Shown in pieces: positions 1 to 10,064 of a stretch of DNA of 58,951 nt (within the stretch, counting starts at the first letter, position 1; every line of letters begins with the position of its first letter). A program made the position numbers and the translations under genes. Under the pieces are notes generated by a model. That model was not told where the DNA came from and made no database searches. It saw only the letters and a program-made list of their open reading frames with translations. Origin of the DNA: Corallococcus praedator (GTDB lineage Bacteria; Myxococcota; Myxococcia; Myxococcales; Myxococcaceae); the NCBI RefSeq assembly GCF_003612125.1, contig NZ_RAWI01000010.1, positions 1 through 58,951 on the forward strand, read 5' to 3'.

Positions 1-1139
1 CCCCCCGCACCCTGCCGCCGGATCCCGTGCCGTACATTCCCGACGGGCACCGCGTGATCCTGTTCCTTCACGGTCACAGCTCGAGTGCGGACGAAGCGCT
101 CCCCCTCATCCCGGAGCTCCTCAAGGCAGGCCTCGCCATTGGTACGAAGTACGCGGTCATCTCCTTCGACCTACCGAACAGTGGCTACGCGGAAACCTTC
201 GCGCACACGAGGGCCGCCCTGTCCAACGCCACCACCTACCCTGGCGGCATCTTCGATGGCGAACTGGTCCGCACCCCGATCCTCGACTTCGAGGAGGACT
301 TCGTGGTCGCCTTTGTCGAAGCGCTGGACCGGATCACTCCCATCAAGGATCGCTTCGCCGGAGTGATTGGCGGCAGCCTCGGAGGCAACCTGGGACTGCG
401 GCTCGGGCGGCGCGACCTGCGTGCCCAGCCATGGATTGGCGCAGGCATCGTGTCGTGGTCTCCGGCCTCGGTGTGGGACCCGATGATCCGGGACGAGATC
501 AAACGCAAGGGACCCGACCGCTGCCGGGACCACTGGGACCTGCCAGAAATCACAGGCTCACGCGCCGACTACTTCGCCGAGGTGTTCGACAGGTTCATCG
601 ACCCTGTGTTCATGCGAACCCAGCAGCCCGAGTTCTGGTACAGCCAATCCTGGATCCCCTGCAGGCAATTCCATATCAGGGAGGCACGACTGGCACGACG
701 TGAGACGTATTGCGCGAATTTTCGCCAATGGCATTGGCGCCTCGCTGGCGAGCAACTGATCTACAGCCACGTCGACCGCGTGAATCACTTCGACAACACC
801 ACCCCCTGGCGGTACGAACTGAACACCGTGCGCCAGTTGCTCGCGGCGGGCCAGGACGACAACTTCCAGGGCTCCAACATCTTTGACGCGACCCGGACCC
901 TGTCGAACCTGATGGCGAACACGCCCGGGGAGAGTCTCTTCCTGCTCCGCACCGGGCACTCGATCCACGTCGAGCGGCCCGCCTTCCTGGCGAGAGAGAT
1001 CGCCAGGTTCCTCTTCAAGCCACAGCCCACCAGGAGGACCGACGTCTCCTTTCTCGTGCCGCTGCTCCTGAGCCCACGGCCGCCCAGGCGCACGGACGTT
1101 TCGTTTCTCGTGCCGCTGCTGATGAGCGGTCCAGGGTGA
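1..1139 (+). CDS. alpha/beta-fold hydrolase (lipase/esterase-like). Probably 5'-partial: the frame is open to the window edge, and the first in-window start is GTG at 27.
   Basis: HGHSSS and GGSLGGNLG (GxSxG nucleophile elbow) motifs; high GC3; C-terminal 16-aa tandem protein repeat (RRTDVSFLVPLL x2). Confidence 0.6.
   Translation, partial: PRTLPPDPVPYIPDGHRVILFLHGHSSSADEALPLIPELLKAGLAIGTKYAVISFDLPNSGYAETFAHTRAALSNATTYPGGIFDGELVRTPILDFEEDFVVAFVEALDRITPIKDRFAGVIGGSLGGNLGLRLGRRDLRAQPWIGAGIVSWSPASVWDPMIRDEIKRKGPDRCRDHWDLPEITGSRADYFAEVFDRFIDPVFMRTQQPEFWYSQSWIPCRQFHIREARLARRETYCANFRQWHWRLAGEQLIYSHVDRVNHFDNTTPWRYELNTVRQLLAAGQDDNFQGSNIFDATRTLSNLMANTPGESLFLLRTGHSIHVERPAFLAREIARFLFKPQPTRRTDVSFLVPLLLSPRPPRRTDVSFLVPLLMSGPG
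1028..1127 (+). repeat. imperfect tandem direct repeat (2 x ~47 bp) at the 3' end of the hydrolase gene, encoding a duplicated RRTDVSFLVPLL(L/M)S peptide
   Basis: direct comparison of 1028-1074 with 1081-1127. Confidence 0.6.
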
Positions 1140-1164
1140 TTGACGCAGAACAAGGAGGATATCG

Positions 1165-1410
1165 ATGGCTTACAGCGGAAGATGTCTCATCAATTCGGCT
1201 GGCATCAACTCCAGCGATGGACGCGTCCATTTCTCGCTCAAGGCCTTGGACGGCGCATTCGACTGGACGCCGTTCCTGGCCAAGCAGGAGCACAACCATG
1301 AAGTGCTGGCCCTCGCGATCGCCGCGATGACGTCGAATTCGAATGTCGTGATTCAAACTGAACAGACAACAGCTTGGGCGGAGGTGTGGTGGTTTGATCT
1401 CGTGAAGTAG
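1165..1410 (+). CDS. small hypothetical protein (81 aa) in a locally lower-GC segment
   Basis: ATG preceded by a near-perfect SD (AAGGAGG at 1153-1159, 5-nt spacer); no recognisable domain. Confidence 0.35.
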   Translation: MAYSGRCLINSAGINSSDGRVHFSLKALDGAFDWTPFLAKQEHNHEVLALAIAAMTSNSNVVIQTEQTTAWAEVWWFDLVK

Positions 1411-1443
1411 CGACCCGCGAAGCGCACTCCGTTCGTGCGAGCT

Positions 1444-2358
1444 TCACCCTCGTTGCCCCTCTCGCGGAGGACTCCCGGTGCGCGCGTCACGCGCCACCAC
1501 GGAGGGCGTCACCCCGAGGACCCGCCGCATGCAACGCGCCATGTGGCTCTGGTGCGAGAAACCCGCTTCGAGCGCCACCTCACCGGCGGACCTTCCGCCC
1601 CGCTGCAGCAGCGTCCTCGCGCGCTCCACCCGTCGCTGCACGACGTACCCGTGCACCGGCAGCCCCGTGGAGCGCTTGAACAGGGTCTTCAGGTGCGACG
1701 CGCTGACTCCGGCGACGCCGGCCAGCCGTGCCAGGGAAAGATTCTGGTCGAGGTGCTCCTCGATGTACTCCGTCACGCGCCGCAGCTGCGGCTTCGACAG
1801 GCCGCGCTCGCGTCCGAAGGGCGCCGGGTAGCGGCCCAGCAGGTGGACCGAGAGCGCCAGGCCCAGGCACTCGGTGTAGAGCAGCCCGCCGGGATGGCCG
1901 GCCCTGCGGTCCGCGTCGAGCGCCCAGGCGATGTGCTCAATCTGCGGGTCCCTGAACTGATGGCGCGGCTCCAGGCCCGCGCGGTCGGGGTCCCGTCCCA
2001 TGTCCTCCGCCGCGCGCCGCAGGAGGGCCGGGGAGAGCCGCACGAGCACGGAGGCGCTCGCGTCCTGGTTCTCCCAGACATCCGACATCCCGGCCGGGAA
2101 GAGGTCGATGTCGCCCTGCGTGTAGACGAAGCGGTGGACGCGGCAGGCCCCGCGAAGGGGCGTCCCCGCATGAATCTTGAGACGGTGGTCGGGAACGGAA
2201 TCAAGCTCCATGACCCCGGCCTCGGCCGTGTGGAAGTCCACGTGCAGCCCGAGCCGGGGGCGTACCGCGTCGATGGACTCCCGCGTGCCCGTCGTCTGCA
2301 TCTGCCTGTCCATGCCTCGCGCTCCTTGCACCGGTGCCGCGCTGTGCGTTGCTGACAT
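1444..2358 (-). CDS. AraC-family transcriptional regulator
   Basis: C-terminal double HTH typical of AraC/XylS (LSLARLAGVAGVSASHLKTLFKRSTGLPVHGYVVQRRVERARTLL). Confidence 0.85.
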   Translation of the reverse strand: MSATHSAAPVQGARGMDRQMQTTGTRESIDAVRPRLGLHVDFHTAEAGVMELDSVPDHRLKIHAGTPLRGACRVHRFVYTQGDIDLFPAGMSDVWENQDASASVLVRLSPALLRRAAEDMGRDPDRAGLEPRHQFRDPQIEHIAWALDADRRAGHPGGLLYTECLGLALSVHLLGRYPAPFGRERGLSKPQLRRVTEYIEEHLDQNLSLARLAGVAGVSASHLKTLFKRSTGLPVHGYVVQRRVERARTLLQRGGRSAGEVALEAGFSHQSHMARCMRRVLGVTPSVVARDARTGSPPREGQRG

Positions 2359-2471
2359 AGCGCCGGGAGGCCGCGTCCGCCGCCGTCCGAACGTGCTCCA
2401 CGCGCGTCCGAACGTGTGCGACCGCCGCGGGCCTTCTCCCTATTCATTGCCGCGTCACCAAGGAGAAGTCC

Positions 2472-3233
2472 ATGGGCAGGTACGCAGGCAAGAAGGCAGT
2501 CGTGACGGGCGGGACGCAGGGAATGGGACTGGCGACCGTCAAGGCGCTCCTCGACGCAGGTGCCGAGGTGCTCTTCACGGGCCGGAACGAGAAGAGCCTC
2601 GAAGTGGCGCGGCGGGAACTCGGGCCCCGGGCACACGCGGTGCGGTCGGACACGTCAAGCCTTGCCGACATCGACGCGCTGGCGAGGGCCGTGGAGGAGA
2701 AGCTCGGCCGGGTGGACTTCGTGTTCATCAACGCCGGCTTCGCGCGCCTCGGCATGTTCGAGCACGTCACCGAGCAGGTGTATGACCAGACGTTCGACAT
2801 CAACACCAAGGGCGCGTACTTCACGGCGCAGCGCCTGGCCCCGCTCGTCAACGAGGGTGGCGCGTTCGTCTTCACCACCTCCGTCGCCAACGTGACGGGG
2901 GTTCCCGGCATGAGCGTCTACTCGGGCTCCAAGGCGGCGCTCCGCTCCTTCGCGCAAGGGCTCGCCGCGGAGCTGCTGCCCAGACGCATCCGGGTGAACG
3001 CGGTGAGTCCCGGCTTCATCAAGACGCCGACCATGGGTGTCGATGGCGCGTCCGCGGAGGAGCTGGCAGCCTTCGAGAAGGAGGGGAACGACACCACCCC
3101 CATGGGACGCATCGGCTCGCCCGAGGAGGTCGCCCGGGCAGTGTTGTTCCTCGCCTTCGAGGCCACCTTCACCACGGGGGCCGAGCTGCCCGTGGATGGG
3201 GGACTCACGCAGGTCGCCACGCCGCACCGCTAG
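2472..3233 (+). CDS. SDR-family short-chain dehydrogenase/reductase
   Basis: N-terminal TGGTQGMG Rossmann motif; catalytic YSGSK (YxxxK); SD AAGGAGAAG upstream; divergent from the AraC gene. Confidence 0.85.
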   Translation: MGRYAGKKAVVTGGTQGMGLATVKALLDAGAEVLFTGRNEKSLEVARRELGPRAHAVRSDTSSLADIDALARAVEEKLGRVDFVFINAGFARLGMFEHVTEQVYDQTFDINTKGAYFTAQRLAPLVNEGGAFVFTTSVANVTGVPGMSVYSGSKAALRSFAQGLAAELLPRRIRVNAVSPGFIKTPTMGVDGASAEELAAFEKEGNDTTPMGRIGSPEEVARAVLFLAFEATFTTGAELPVDGGLTQVATPHR

Positions 3234-3259
3234 CACTTCCCACGAAGAGGAGCACCGAC

Positions 3260-4135
3260 ATGAAGCCAGCAATCGCAGTCCTCGGGGTCGGGCGCATGGG
3301 TTCCGCGCTCGTGAGTGCCTTCCTGAAGCAGGGGTACACGGTCGACATCTGGAACCGCACGCGGGCGAAGTGCGAGCCCCTGGCCGCCCAGGGCGCCCGC
3401 ATCGCGGCGACGGTGCGGGACGCCGTGGCCACCGCGGACCTCGTCGTGGTGAACGTGAGCGACTACGGAGCGAGCGACGCGTTGCTCCGGCCGGACGAAG
3501 TGACACAAGCGCTGCGCGGAAAGCTGCTCGTGCAGTTGACGTCCGGCTCACCGGGCCAGGCACGGGAGCAGGCCACCTGGGCGCAGCAACACGGCATCCC
3601 CTACCTGGATGGCGCCATCATGGGGACACCGGACTTCATCGGGCAGCCTGGGGGAACCCTCCTCTACTCGGGTCCGAGCGAGCTGTTCGAGCAGGCCCGA
3701 CCCATCCTCCTCGCGCTCGGTGGCAATACGCAGCACGTGGGCAGCGACGTGGGGCATGCCGCCGCGCTCGACAGCGCGCTGCTCGTGTCCATGTGGGGAC
3801 AGTTGTTCGGCGTGCTCCAGGGCGTAGCCGTCTGCGAGGCGGAGCGCATCCCGCTCGACACCTTCCTGGGCTACGTCAAGGCCTTCGCCCCGGTGGTGGA
3901 CGGAGGCGTCACGGACCTCGTCACGCGGGTCCAGCAGCGCCGCTTCGCCGCCGACACGGCGACGCTGGCCACCATCGAAGTCCACGCCGGGGCGCTGAGA
4001 CACCTGCTGGAGCTGTGCAAGGAGCGCGGGCTCCACCGTGCGGTGCCCGAAGCCTTTGATCAGCTCTTCCAGGCAGCCCTCCGGACAGGGCATGGCCAGG
4101 ATGACTTCGCCGCGCTGACACGGTTCATGCGCTGA
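3260..4135 (+). CDS. NAD(P)-dependent oxidoreductase of the 3-hydroxyisobutyrate/6-phosphogluconate dehydrogenase NAD-binding family
   Basis: N-terminal IAVLGVGRMGSALV GxGxxG dinucleotide fold; length and composition typical. Confidence 0.7.
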   Translation: MKPAIAVLGVGRMGSALVSAFLKQGYTVDIWNRTRAKCEPLAAQGARIAATVRDAVATADLVVVNVSDYGASDALLRPDEVTQALRGKLLVQLTSGSPGQAREQATWAQQHGIPYLDGAIMGTPDFIGQPGGTLLYSGPSELFEQARPILLALGGNTQHVGSDVGHAAALDSALLVSMWGQLFGVLQGVAVCEAERIPLDTFLGYVKAFAPVVDGGVTDLVTRVQQRRFAADTATLATIEVHAGALRHLLELCKERGLHRAVPEAFDQLFQAALRTGHGQDDFAALTRFMR

Positions 4136-4588
4136 GCAGGGCGCGGCGCGGGCGGGAGCCAGGTCCTGCCCCCCCCACTGCGGCGGGAGCTGTACGTGCC
4201 GTGAGCCGCGGCGAGAGGACGGTAGGGTGACGCGCGTCACGGCTGCGCTACGGCGCGTCGATACGATGGCCGAAGAAGTACCGGACTCCGCCTTGAAACC
4301 CGGCGGATTCATCGCTTTCGAGGAATGCCTCGAGGGACACCGCGACGGTATGCGGCTTCAGCTTCTTGTCCTGATACCAGGGACTGCGGCCTCTTCCCGT
4401 CGAGGCCTCGAATGCCAGCTTCCACTGGAGATTGAAATACGGCGACTCGACGTTGCGCGGGATGTGCTCTGCCAGACGCCAAACCCCGTAGTGCTCGCCT
4501 TGAAAGATGAGCGTCTTCTTGCCAGACGGCAGGTTCGATTCCCTCCGCCTCCACAGTTGGCCCACGGGCGCCCATCCGTACTCGCGAA

Positions 4589-4726
4589 TCATGGAGGTAT
4601 TGCACTGACCGTGGCCTCTCCGATGCCCAGCAAGTGGGCAAGCTGCTCGTACGAGAGGCGCTCCTCGTGGAAAGCGCGCACGATGGCCCGCCGCAACTTC
4701 TCCGGCGTGGGAAGTCCTTCGCTCAT
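4589..4726 (-). pseudogene. truncated helix-turn-helix gene remnant (45 codons; sigma-70 region-4/LuxR/transposase-like HTH) ending at the edge of a lower-GC insertion
   Basis: MSEGLPTPEKLRRAIVRAFHEERLSYEQLAHLLGIGEATVS with high GC3, then an abrupt stop; the downstream 4248-4592 reading frame has atypical composition and no domain. Confidence 0.35.
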
Positions 4727-4794
4727 GCCCCGAGGAGATCAAACCTCGGCGATCGCGTCAAACGGGCTCTGGGTTAGCTCATTCGCCCGATCAC

Positions 4795-4838
4795 TCCCTC
4801 AGAATGCAAAGGGCCGAGTCCCCGAAGGAACCCGGCCC
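4795..4838 (-). terminator. putative intrinsic terminator downstream of the GH45 gene
   Basis: GGGCCG..CGGCCC stem with imperfect inner pairing, followed on the minus sense by TTTGCATTCT. Confidence 0.35.
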
Positions 4839-4869
4839 GCGCAGGGGGTCAACGATACGTTCGCCTACC

Positions 4870-5583
4870 TTACTTGCGGATGCAGCCAGTTTTATTGGTG
4901 ATTGCCGTGGGACAGGCGACCGGCTTGAAGCTCACGGTAGGATTATCCGCGTTCTTGAACCAATCGAATCGCCAATAACAGCCCGGCCGCAATTGAGACG
5001 GCAGCATGGAGCATTGATCTCGGCTGCTGATGCCGCCGTACTGGCCACCCCAACCACTGGAGGGAGCATTCCACTGAGGCGTACAGGCATTGAACATGCC
5101 AACACCCCCGCCAGGGATTAGCAGGTCGAAATGGGTGTCACCCGAAGGCCCTCCCGTATTAACAACCTGAACCACCATCTTCTTGCCATTCGCGGACCCG
5201 CTGGTGAATGTCAATTCGTAACAGGCGCAGCTCAAAGTGGCTTCTGACCCGCCGGGCACATACGCTGCGGCAACCCCATACGCCAGACTATCATTCACAG
5301 CCCATGGCTGATTATTGTTACACATGAAGGCAGTACCACCATTCGCACCGCTTTGCGCATTCGGACTGAGCACGGTGACGCCATCGCTTGCGCAAGCTTT
5401 AACCGGACCGGTAACTGAGGCTTTCCCAGTCCACGAAGCGCTTCCTTTGGCACAATCCCAGTATCGGGTCGTCTTGCCCGTTTGTTGAGCCTCAGCCTCG
5501 TTGCCGATGCCGAGCATGAGCGCGAACGCAGCCACTACAGTCAGCGCTTGTCGAAGGGAGCCACTGTGACGAGTATTGGTCAT
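4870..5583 (-). CDS. secreted glycoside hydrolase family 45 endoglucanase (fungal EGV-like cellulase)
   Basis: Signal peptide MTNTRHSGSLRQALTVVAAFALMLGIGNEAEA. Mature part aligns along its length with Humicola-type GH45: TTRYWDC, CACYELTFTSG..GKKMVVQ, HFDLLIPGGGVGMF, CTPQ, YGGISSR, PGCYWRFDWFKNADNP. Both catalytic Asp contexts (YWDC, HFDL) are present. Local GC ~56% against a ~70% background. Confidence 0.85.
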   Translation of the reverse strand: MTNTRHSGSLRQALTVVAAFALMLGIGNEAEAQQTGKTTRYWDCAKGSASWTGKASVTGPVKACASDGVTVLSPNAQSGANGGTAFMCNNNQPWAVNDSLAYGVAAAYVPGGSEATLSCACYELTFTSGSANGKKMVVQVVNTGGPSGDTHFDLLIPGGGVGMFNACTPQWNAPSSGWGGQYGGISSRDQCSMLPSQLRPGCYWRFDWFKNADNPTVSFKPVACPTAITNKTGCIRK

Positions 5584-6019
5584 CGTCGCAGCGTGGCCCC
5601 AACAGCGCGCGAGTGTCAATGAGCGACGCTGCCTCACACTTCACACCTCGTGCGTACCCGGCAATGCGCTGTTCGGCACGACCACCTCGCACCAGTTGAA
5701 CCTACGGTAGGCGGGCGCTGGTATGCTGCCAGACCTCAACCGCCAGCCTGGATTACGAGAACGACCCGCGGCGCGATCTCGTACTTGCCCTCGCGCTCTG
5801 GCCCAGTGCGAAGTGAAGCATCGCCGCGTCGGTGTCCTCTTCAATGCTCGCAGGGCGCACCCCATTTTAAATCTCTCCTTTAAAGCCCATTCAATTTCAG
5901 TCCCTGGTGCCCTGCGGGCTCGGGGCGTATTTCTGTCGATCGCCCGGCCAGAAGCACTGGAGCGCTCGACAAGGAACACGGGCCGCAGCAAACCCCTCTT
6001 TCTTTGAGGCAATAACACC

Positions 6020-7417
6020 ATGACTGGAAGATGCTTCTCCCTCCCGTCCCACCAGCGATTTGGGCTCGTCGCAGCGCTCTGTGCCTCTGTCCTCCTGGGT
6101 TGTTCAGACCCGTCCTCTACCGCGAGCGATGCCGGCGTCGAAATGGATGCCGGGGATCGGACCGATGCCGGAGATCAAAACCCAACGGGTGACGCCGGTG
6201 TGGCCGACGGCGGCGGGAGTTCCGATGCCGGCGCTTCTCTCAAGAACAGTTGCCTGGGGCCCGCAAGCGCCAACGTGGCCAATGCGAGGTTACCAGCGGG
6301 GTACTGTGCATGGACCTGGGCGACCATTTCTGATCCGCGAGGGTTGATCGTCGCTCCGAACGGAGACGTCCTGGTGGTCGAGCGCAGCGCGGGTCGAGTC
6401 ACCGCGCTCTACGACTCGAACGGTGACGGCGTTTCGGATTCGTCCGAACGGGCGACGCTGGTCGAAGTCAGCGGGCTCAACCATGGCATCACACTGCACG
6501 ACGGATTTCTCTATGCCTCTTCCGCGACGCGCGTCCTGCGTTGGCCGTTCGCAACCGGAATGAGGGCAGCGCTGAGCGGCCAGCAAGAAGTGGTGACCGG
6601 CATCCCCGCGGGCGGCCATGTCACCCGGACCATCATCTTCGACGCCGAAGGCCGCCTCTACGTGAGCGTCGGTTCAGCCGCGAACGTGGACAGCAACTCG
6701 ACGCGCGCTCGCATTCGTCGCTTCACCGCGGCCCAGGTTCAGGCGGGCAATGTGGCCTTCACGGACGGCGAGGTGTTTGCCGATGGCCTTCGGAACGAAG
6801 CGGGCCTGCGTTTCGACAGCCAGGGCCGGCTGTGGGGTGTGGAAAACGGGCGAGACAACCTCAACCGTGCTGACCTCGGGGGCGACATTCACACCGACAA
6901 TCCCGCTGAAGAGCTGAACCTCTTCGCTGAAGCCGGGCGGTTCTATGGCTACCCCTATTGCTTCAGTGAGTTCCTGCTTCCGGCTGGCGTGGGAATGGGC
7001 CCGAAGACACAGTGGGCAGATCCGGGCTTCATGAATGATGGCACCCACTCCGATGCGTGGTGCCGCGACGTCAACCATGTGGTGCCTCCAATGTTGGCGA
7101 TGCCCGCTCACGTTGCGCCGCTCGACATCATCTTCTACGACGGCGCGTCCTTCCCGCCCGAGGTGGTCAACGACGCCTTCGTCAGCTTCCATGGCTCCTG
7201 GAATCGACAGCCCGCCCAGGGCTACGAGGTGGCGCGGGTGGTGTTCGAGAACGGGTTGCCGGTTCGCTACGAGCCGTTCTTCGAGTTCGACGGAACCAGC
7301 GACACCGCAGCCGGCTGGCCGCATCGGCCGGTGGGGTTGGGGGTGGGCCCCAATGGCGAGTTGTTCGTGAGCAGCGACGCGTCAGGCCAGATCATCGCAA
7401 TCGGCTACCAGCGATAA
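6020..7417 (+). CDS. lipoprotein of the PQQ-dependent glucose/sorbosone dehydrogenase (beta-propeller) family
   Basis: Lipobox LLGCSD; Asp/Gly-rich linker; GLIVAPNGDVLVVERSAGRV and later propeller-blade motifs typical of soluble sugar dehydrogenases. Confidence 0.5.
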   Translation: MTGRCFSLPSHQRFGLVAALCASVLLGCSDPSSTASDAGVEMDAGDRTDAGDQNPTGDAGVADGGGSSDAGASLKNSCLGPASANVANARLPAGYCAWTWATISDPRGLIVAPNGDVLVVERSAGRVTALYDSNGDGVSDSSERATLVEVSGLNHGITLHDGFLYASSATRVLRWPFATGMRAALSGQQEVVTGIPAGGHVTRTIIFDAEGRLYVSVGSAANVDSNSTRARIRRFTAAQVQAGNVAFTDGEVFADGLRNEAGLRFDSQGRLWGVENGRDNLNRADLGGDIHTDNPAEELNLFAEAGRFYGYPYCFSEFLLPAGVGMGPKTQWADPGFMNDGTHSDAWCRDVNHVVPPMLAMPAHVAPLDIIFYDGASFPPEVVNDAFVSFHGSWNRQPAQGYEVARVVFENGLPVRYEPFFEFDGTSDTAAGWPHRPVGLGVGPNGELFVSSDASGQIIAIGYQR

Positions 7418-7526
7418 CCAGACGCCCCACGCTCAACTCGTGCGCACGTACAGCATCGCGTGGCTCACGACGCGTCTTACGCAACGGCCGCCCTGCCCAC
7501 CGGGCGCGGGGCGGCCGTTCGACGTC

Positions 7527-9902
7527 TCAGTGCCCCAACACGTGGACCTGCACGGGCGAGTGCTGGTCCGTGGACGGTCCGGCCCCCAGGGCACCCCAGC
7601 CATTGTCACCCCAGGCCCACACGGTGCCGTCCTGCTTCAAGGCAAACGTGGACTGCTGCCCCGCGGTGAGTGCCGAAACCCCCGTCAGGCCTGGCACCCG
7701 TCCTGGCACGCCGCGGTGGGTGGTCGTCCCATCCCCGAACTGGCCACGGTGGTTCCAACCCCAGGCCCACACGGTGCCGTCCTGCTTCAGGGCCAGCGAG
7801 TGGTATCGGCCCCCGGCAAGGGCGACGACACCTGTCAGGCCCGGCACCTGCACTGGCGAGGAGCTGCTGGTGGTCGTCCCATTCCCGAGTTGTCCGTAGT
7901 CGTTGTAGCCCCAGGCCCACACCGTGCCATCCTGCTTCAAGGCCAGCGTGTGGTAGGCGGCAGGGACAATGGCCGCGACATCCGTCAAGCCCTGGACCTG
8001 GACTGGCGTGAGGCGCTCAGCGGTCGTCCCGTCCCCGAGTTGACCTCTGGAGTTGAGCCCCCAGCCCCACACGGTCCCGTCCTGCTTCACGGCCATCATG
8101 TGGTGCCAGCCAGCTCGGAGCGTCACGACGCCCGTCAACCCCTGCACCTGGACCGGAACCGCGCGCGCGGCCTTCGAGCCGTCTCCAAGGGAGCCGTCGA
8201 TATTCCAGCCCCAGGCCCACACGGTGCCGTCCTGCTTCAAGGCCAGCGAGTGATAGCCACCTGACGCGATCGCCACGACGTCCGTCAGACCTGGCACCAG
8301 CCCCGCGGTGGGACGAGGGACCGTGGTCCCGTCCCCCAGCTCGTAGGCGCCGTTGTCACCCCAGGCCCAAACGGAGCCGTCCTGCTTCAGGGCGAGCATG
8401 TGGGTGTCGCCTGGTGCAATGGCAGTCACCCCCGTCAGGCCCTGCACCTGCACTGGCGTGTCGCGGTTGACGGTCGTCCCATCCCCAAGGTTGCCAAAAT
8501 TGTTTCGGCCCCAGGTCCACACGGTGCCGTCCTGCTTCAACGCCATGGTGGAGTAGAAGGAGCCCGCGATTCGAATCACGCGCCCCGACGGTGCCGTGCA
8601 GACCGTGCCCCCTTGCAGACCGAAGGAAGCGCTGGAGGAGAGCCCCAGCGCGTTGGTGACGGACACCGTCACCGCGGGCGTCGTGCCCTCGGGGATGCAG
8701 GAAGGCGCCGTCCAGAGGACCTCGCTCGTCACACTGCCGCTGGAGGCCGCGCCCAGCGCCCCCACGTTGGTGGTCCAGGCGAAGGTGAGCGCGCTGTCCT
8801 GCGGGTCCTTCGCCTTCACCCTGAAGACGACGGTTCCCCCCTCCGCCGGAACACTGACGACGGACTGGAACGTCTCCACCACCTCCGGCGGGAAGCGCGC
8901 CTGCGTCGAGGGCCCAACGCAGACGCCCAGCGTCCCTGTTGTCTGCCCTCCCCTTCCGTCCGCCACCGTCACCCTCAGCGAACACCGGGCGCACGCGCTT
9001 CCCATGGGCGGCTGCGCTGTCGGCGTGAAGCTTGCGTTCGGCGAGGTCTCATCCGTCCACGTGCCCTGGCAATCCGACGTCCACTGGTAGCCCAGGCCGT
9101 CCCCATCCGCATCACCCGCCAGGGCCGTCACGGACGTGGCCTGCCCCACCGCCACGGATGAGGGCATCGCCGTCACCCCTGTCACCCTGGGCCACGTATT
9201 CACCGTCACGTTGACGGCCGCGCTCCCCGTGCCACTCGTCACCGTGATGCTCAGACTGACGGCGTCCGAGGCCCCCTTCGAGTCCGTCACCGTCAACGTC
9301 AACACCACCGCGCCGGGCACGGAAGGCGCCACCCACGTCGTGGTGAGGCTGCCAGGCGAACTGAAGCTGCCCGCGCTCGCTGTCCATGCATACGTGAGGT
9401 CGTCCTCCGCGTCGGAGTCCTCCGCGCTCGCCTGGAGCGCCACCACCCCCTCCGGTCCGACCGTCGAAGGACTGGCCACCAGCGAGGTGATGACGGGCGC
9501 CGTGTTTTCAAAGGGCGCGGGGGCATTCACTTCCTGGAGCACCAGCGCGACCGCCGTCGTCTCACCGGTGAAGATGCGGACACCCGTCGCCTCTCCCTCG
9601 TAGCGCCTCGCACCTTGCGCGTCGAAAGCCTCTCCATGGAAGGTGCGCCCCTCTCCCTCAGGAAGCTTTCCCAGCACTCCGCCCCACTGGGCGCCCGTCT
9701 TCACCAGCGCGTCGGTGCGAGCGGTCATCCCCTCTCCGCTCACCGTCAACTCCACCCGCACCACATCACTGGCACTCAGCCCCTGAGGCAGCGTCACCAC
9801 CACCTGCGCGCTTCCGGACGCATCCTCGGAGACGCACCCGGCCAGCGCGACCATCAGGCCCACAGCCAGACAGAACAGCCTGCTTCTTCGCTCTTGAGAC
9901 AT
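7527..9902 (-). CDS. lipoprotein with N-terminal Ig/PKD-like domains and a C-terminal RCC1 (regulator of chromosome condensation) 7-blade repeat propeller
   Basis: Lipobox LAGCVSED. Repeats of ALKQDGTVWAWGxNxxGQLGDGTT, the canonical RCC1/ATS1 motif, at least 7 times. SD GGAGAA upstream of the ATG at 9902. Confidence 0.85.
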   Translation of the reverse strand: MSQERRSRLFCLAVGLMVALAGCVSEDASGSAQVVVTLPQGLSASDVVRVELTVSGEGMTARTDALVKTGAQWGGVLGKLPEGEGRTFHGEAFDAQGARRYEGEATGVRIFTGETTAVALVLQEVNAPAPFENTAPVITSLVASPSTVGPEGVVALQASAEDSDAEDDLTYAWTASAGSFSSPGSLTTTWVAPSVPGAVVLTLTVTDSKGASDAVSLSITVTSGTGSAAVNVTVNTWPRVTGVTAMPSSVAVGQATSVTALAGDADGDGLGYQWTSDCQGTWTDETSPNASFTPTAQPPMGSACARCSLRVTVADGRGGQTTGTLGVCVGPSTQARFPPEVVETFQSVVSVPAEGGTVVFRVKAKDPQDSALTFAWTTNVGALGAASSGSVTSEVLWTAPSCIPEGTTPAVTVSVTNALGLSSSASFGLQGGTVCTAPSGRVIRIAGSFYSTMALKQDGTVWTWGRNNFGNLGDGTTVNRDTPVQVQGLTGVTAIAPGDTHMLALKQDGSVWAWGDNGAYELGDGTTVPRPTAGLVPGLTDVVAIASGGYHSLALKQDGTVWAWGWNIDGSLGDGSKAARAVPVQVQGLTGVVTLRAGWHHMMAVKQDGTVWGWGLNSRGQLGDGTTAERLTPVQVQGLTDVAAIVPAAYHTLALKQDGTVWAWGYNDYGQLGNGTTTSSSSPVQVPGLTGVVALAGGRYHSLALKQDGTVWAWGWNHRGQFGDGTTTHRGVPGRVPGLTGVSALTAGQQSTFALKQDGTVWAWGDNGWGALGAGPSTDQHSPVQVHVLGH

Positions 9903-10064
9903 CGTGTTTCTCCGCACGCGGTATTCGATGGACTCCTTCCCAGGCGTCGCCGCGGAGACGTATCCGGAGGATCACCAGAAAAGGGAGTCGGCGACCTTAC
10001 CGACCGTGCACCCATCACGCCGCTGGGTCAGGGGGACGCCACACCGGTCCGCGATGACTTCAGC

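Noticed and set aside
4248-4592. IS630/Tc1-type transposase (GWAP.GQ and DESAGF-like strings)
   Set aside because: The motif order is reversed relative to real IS630 DDE transposases and no DDE triad can be placed. It is treated only as part of a degraded, compositionally atypical segment.
6130-6240. Asp/Gly/Ala-rich repetitive stretch at the N-terminus of the sugar dehydrogenase lipoprotein
   Set aside because: Low-complexity linker after the lipobox, not an independent repeat element.
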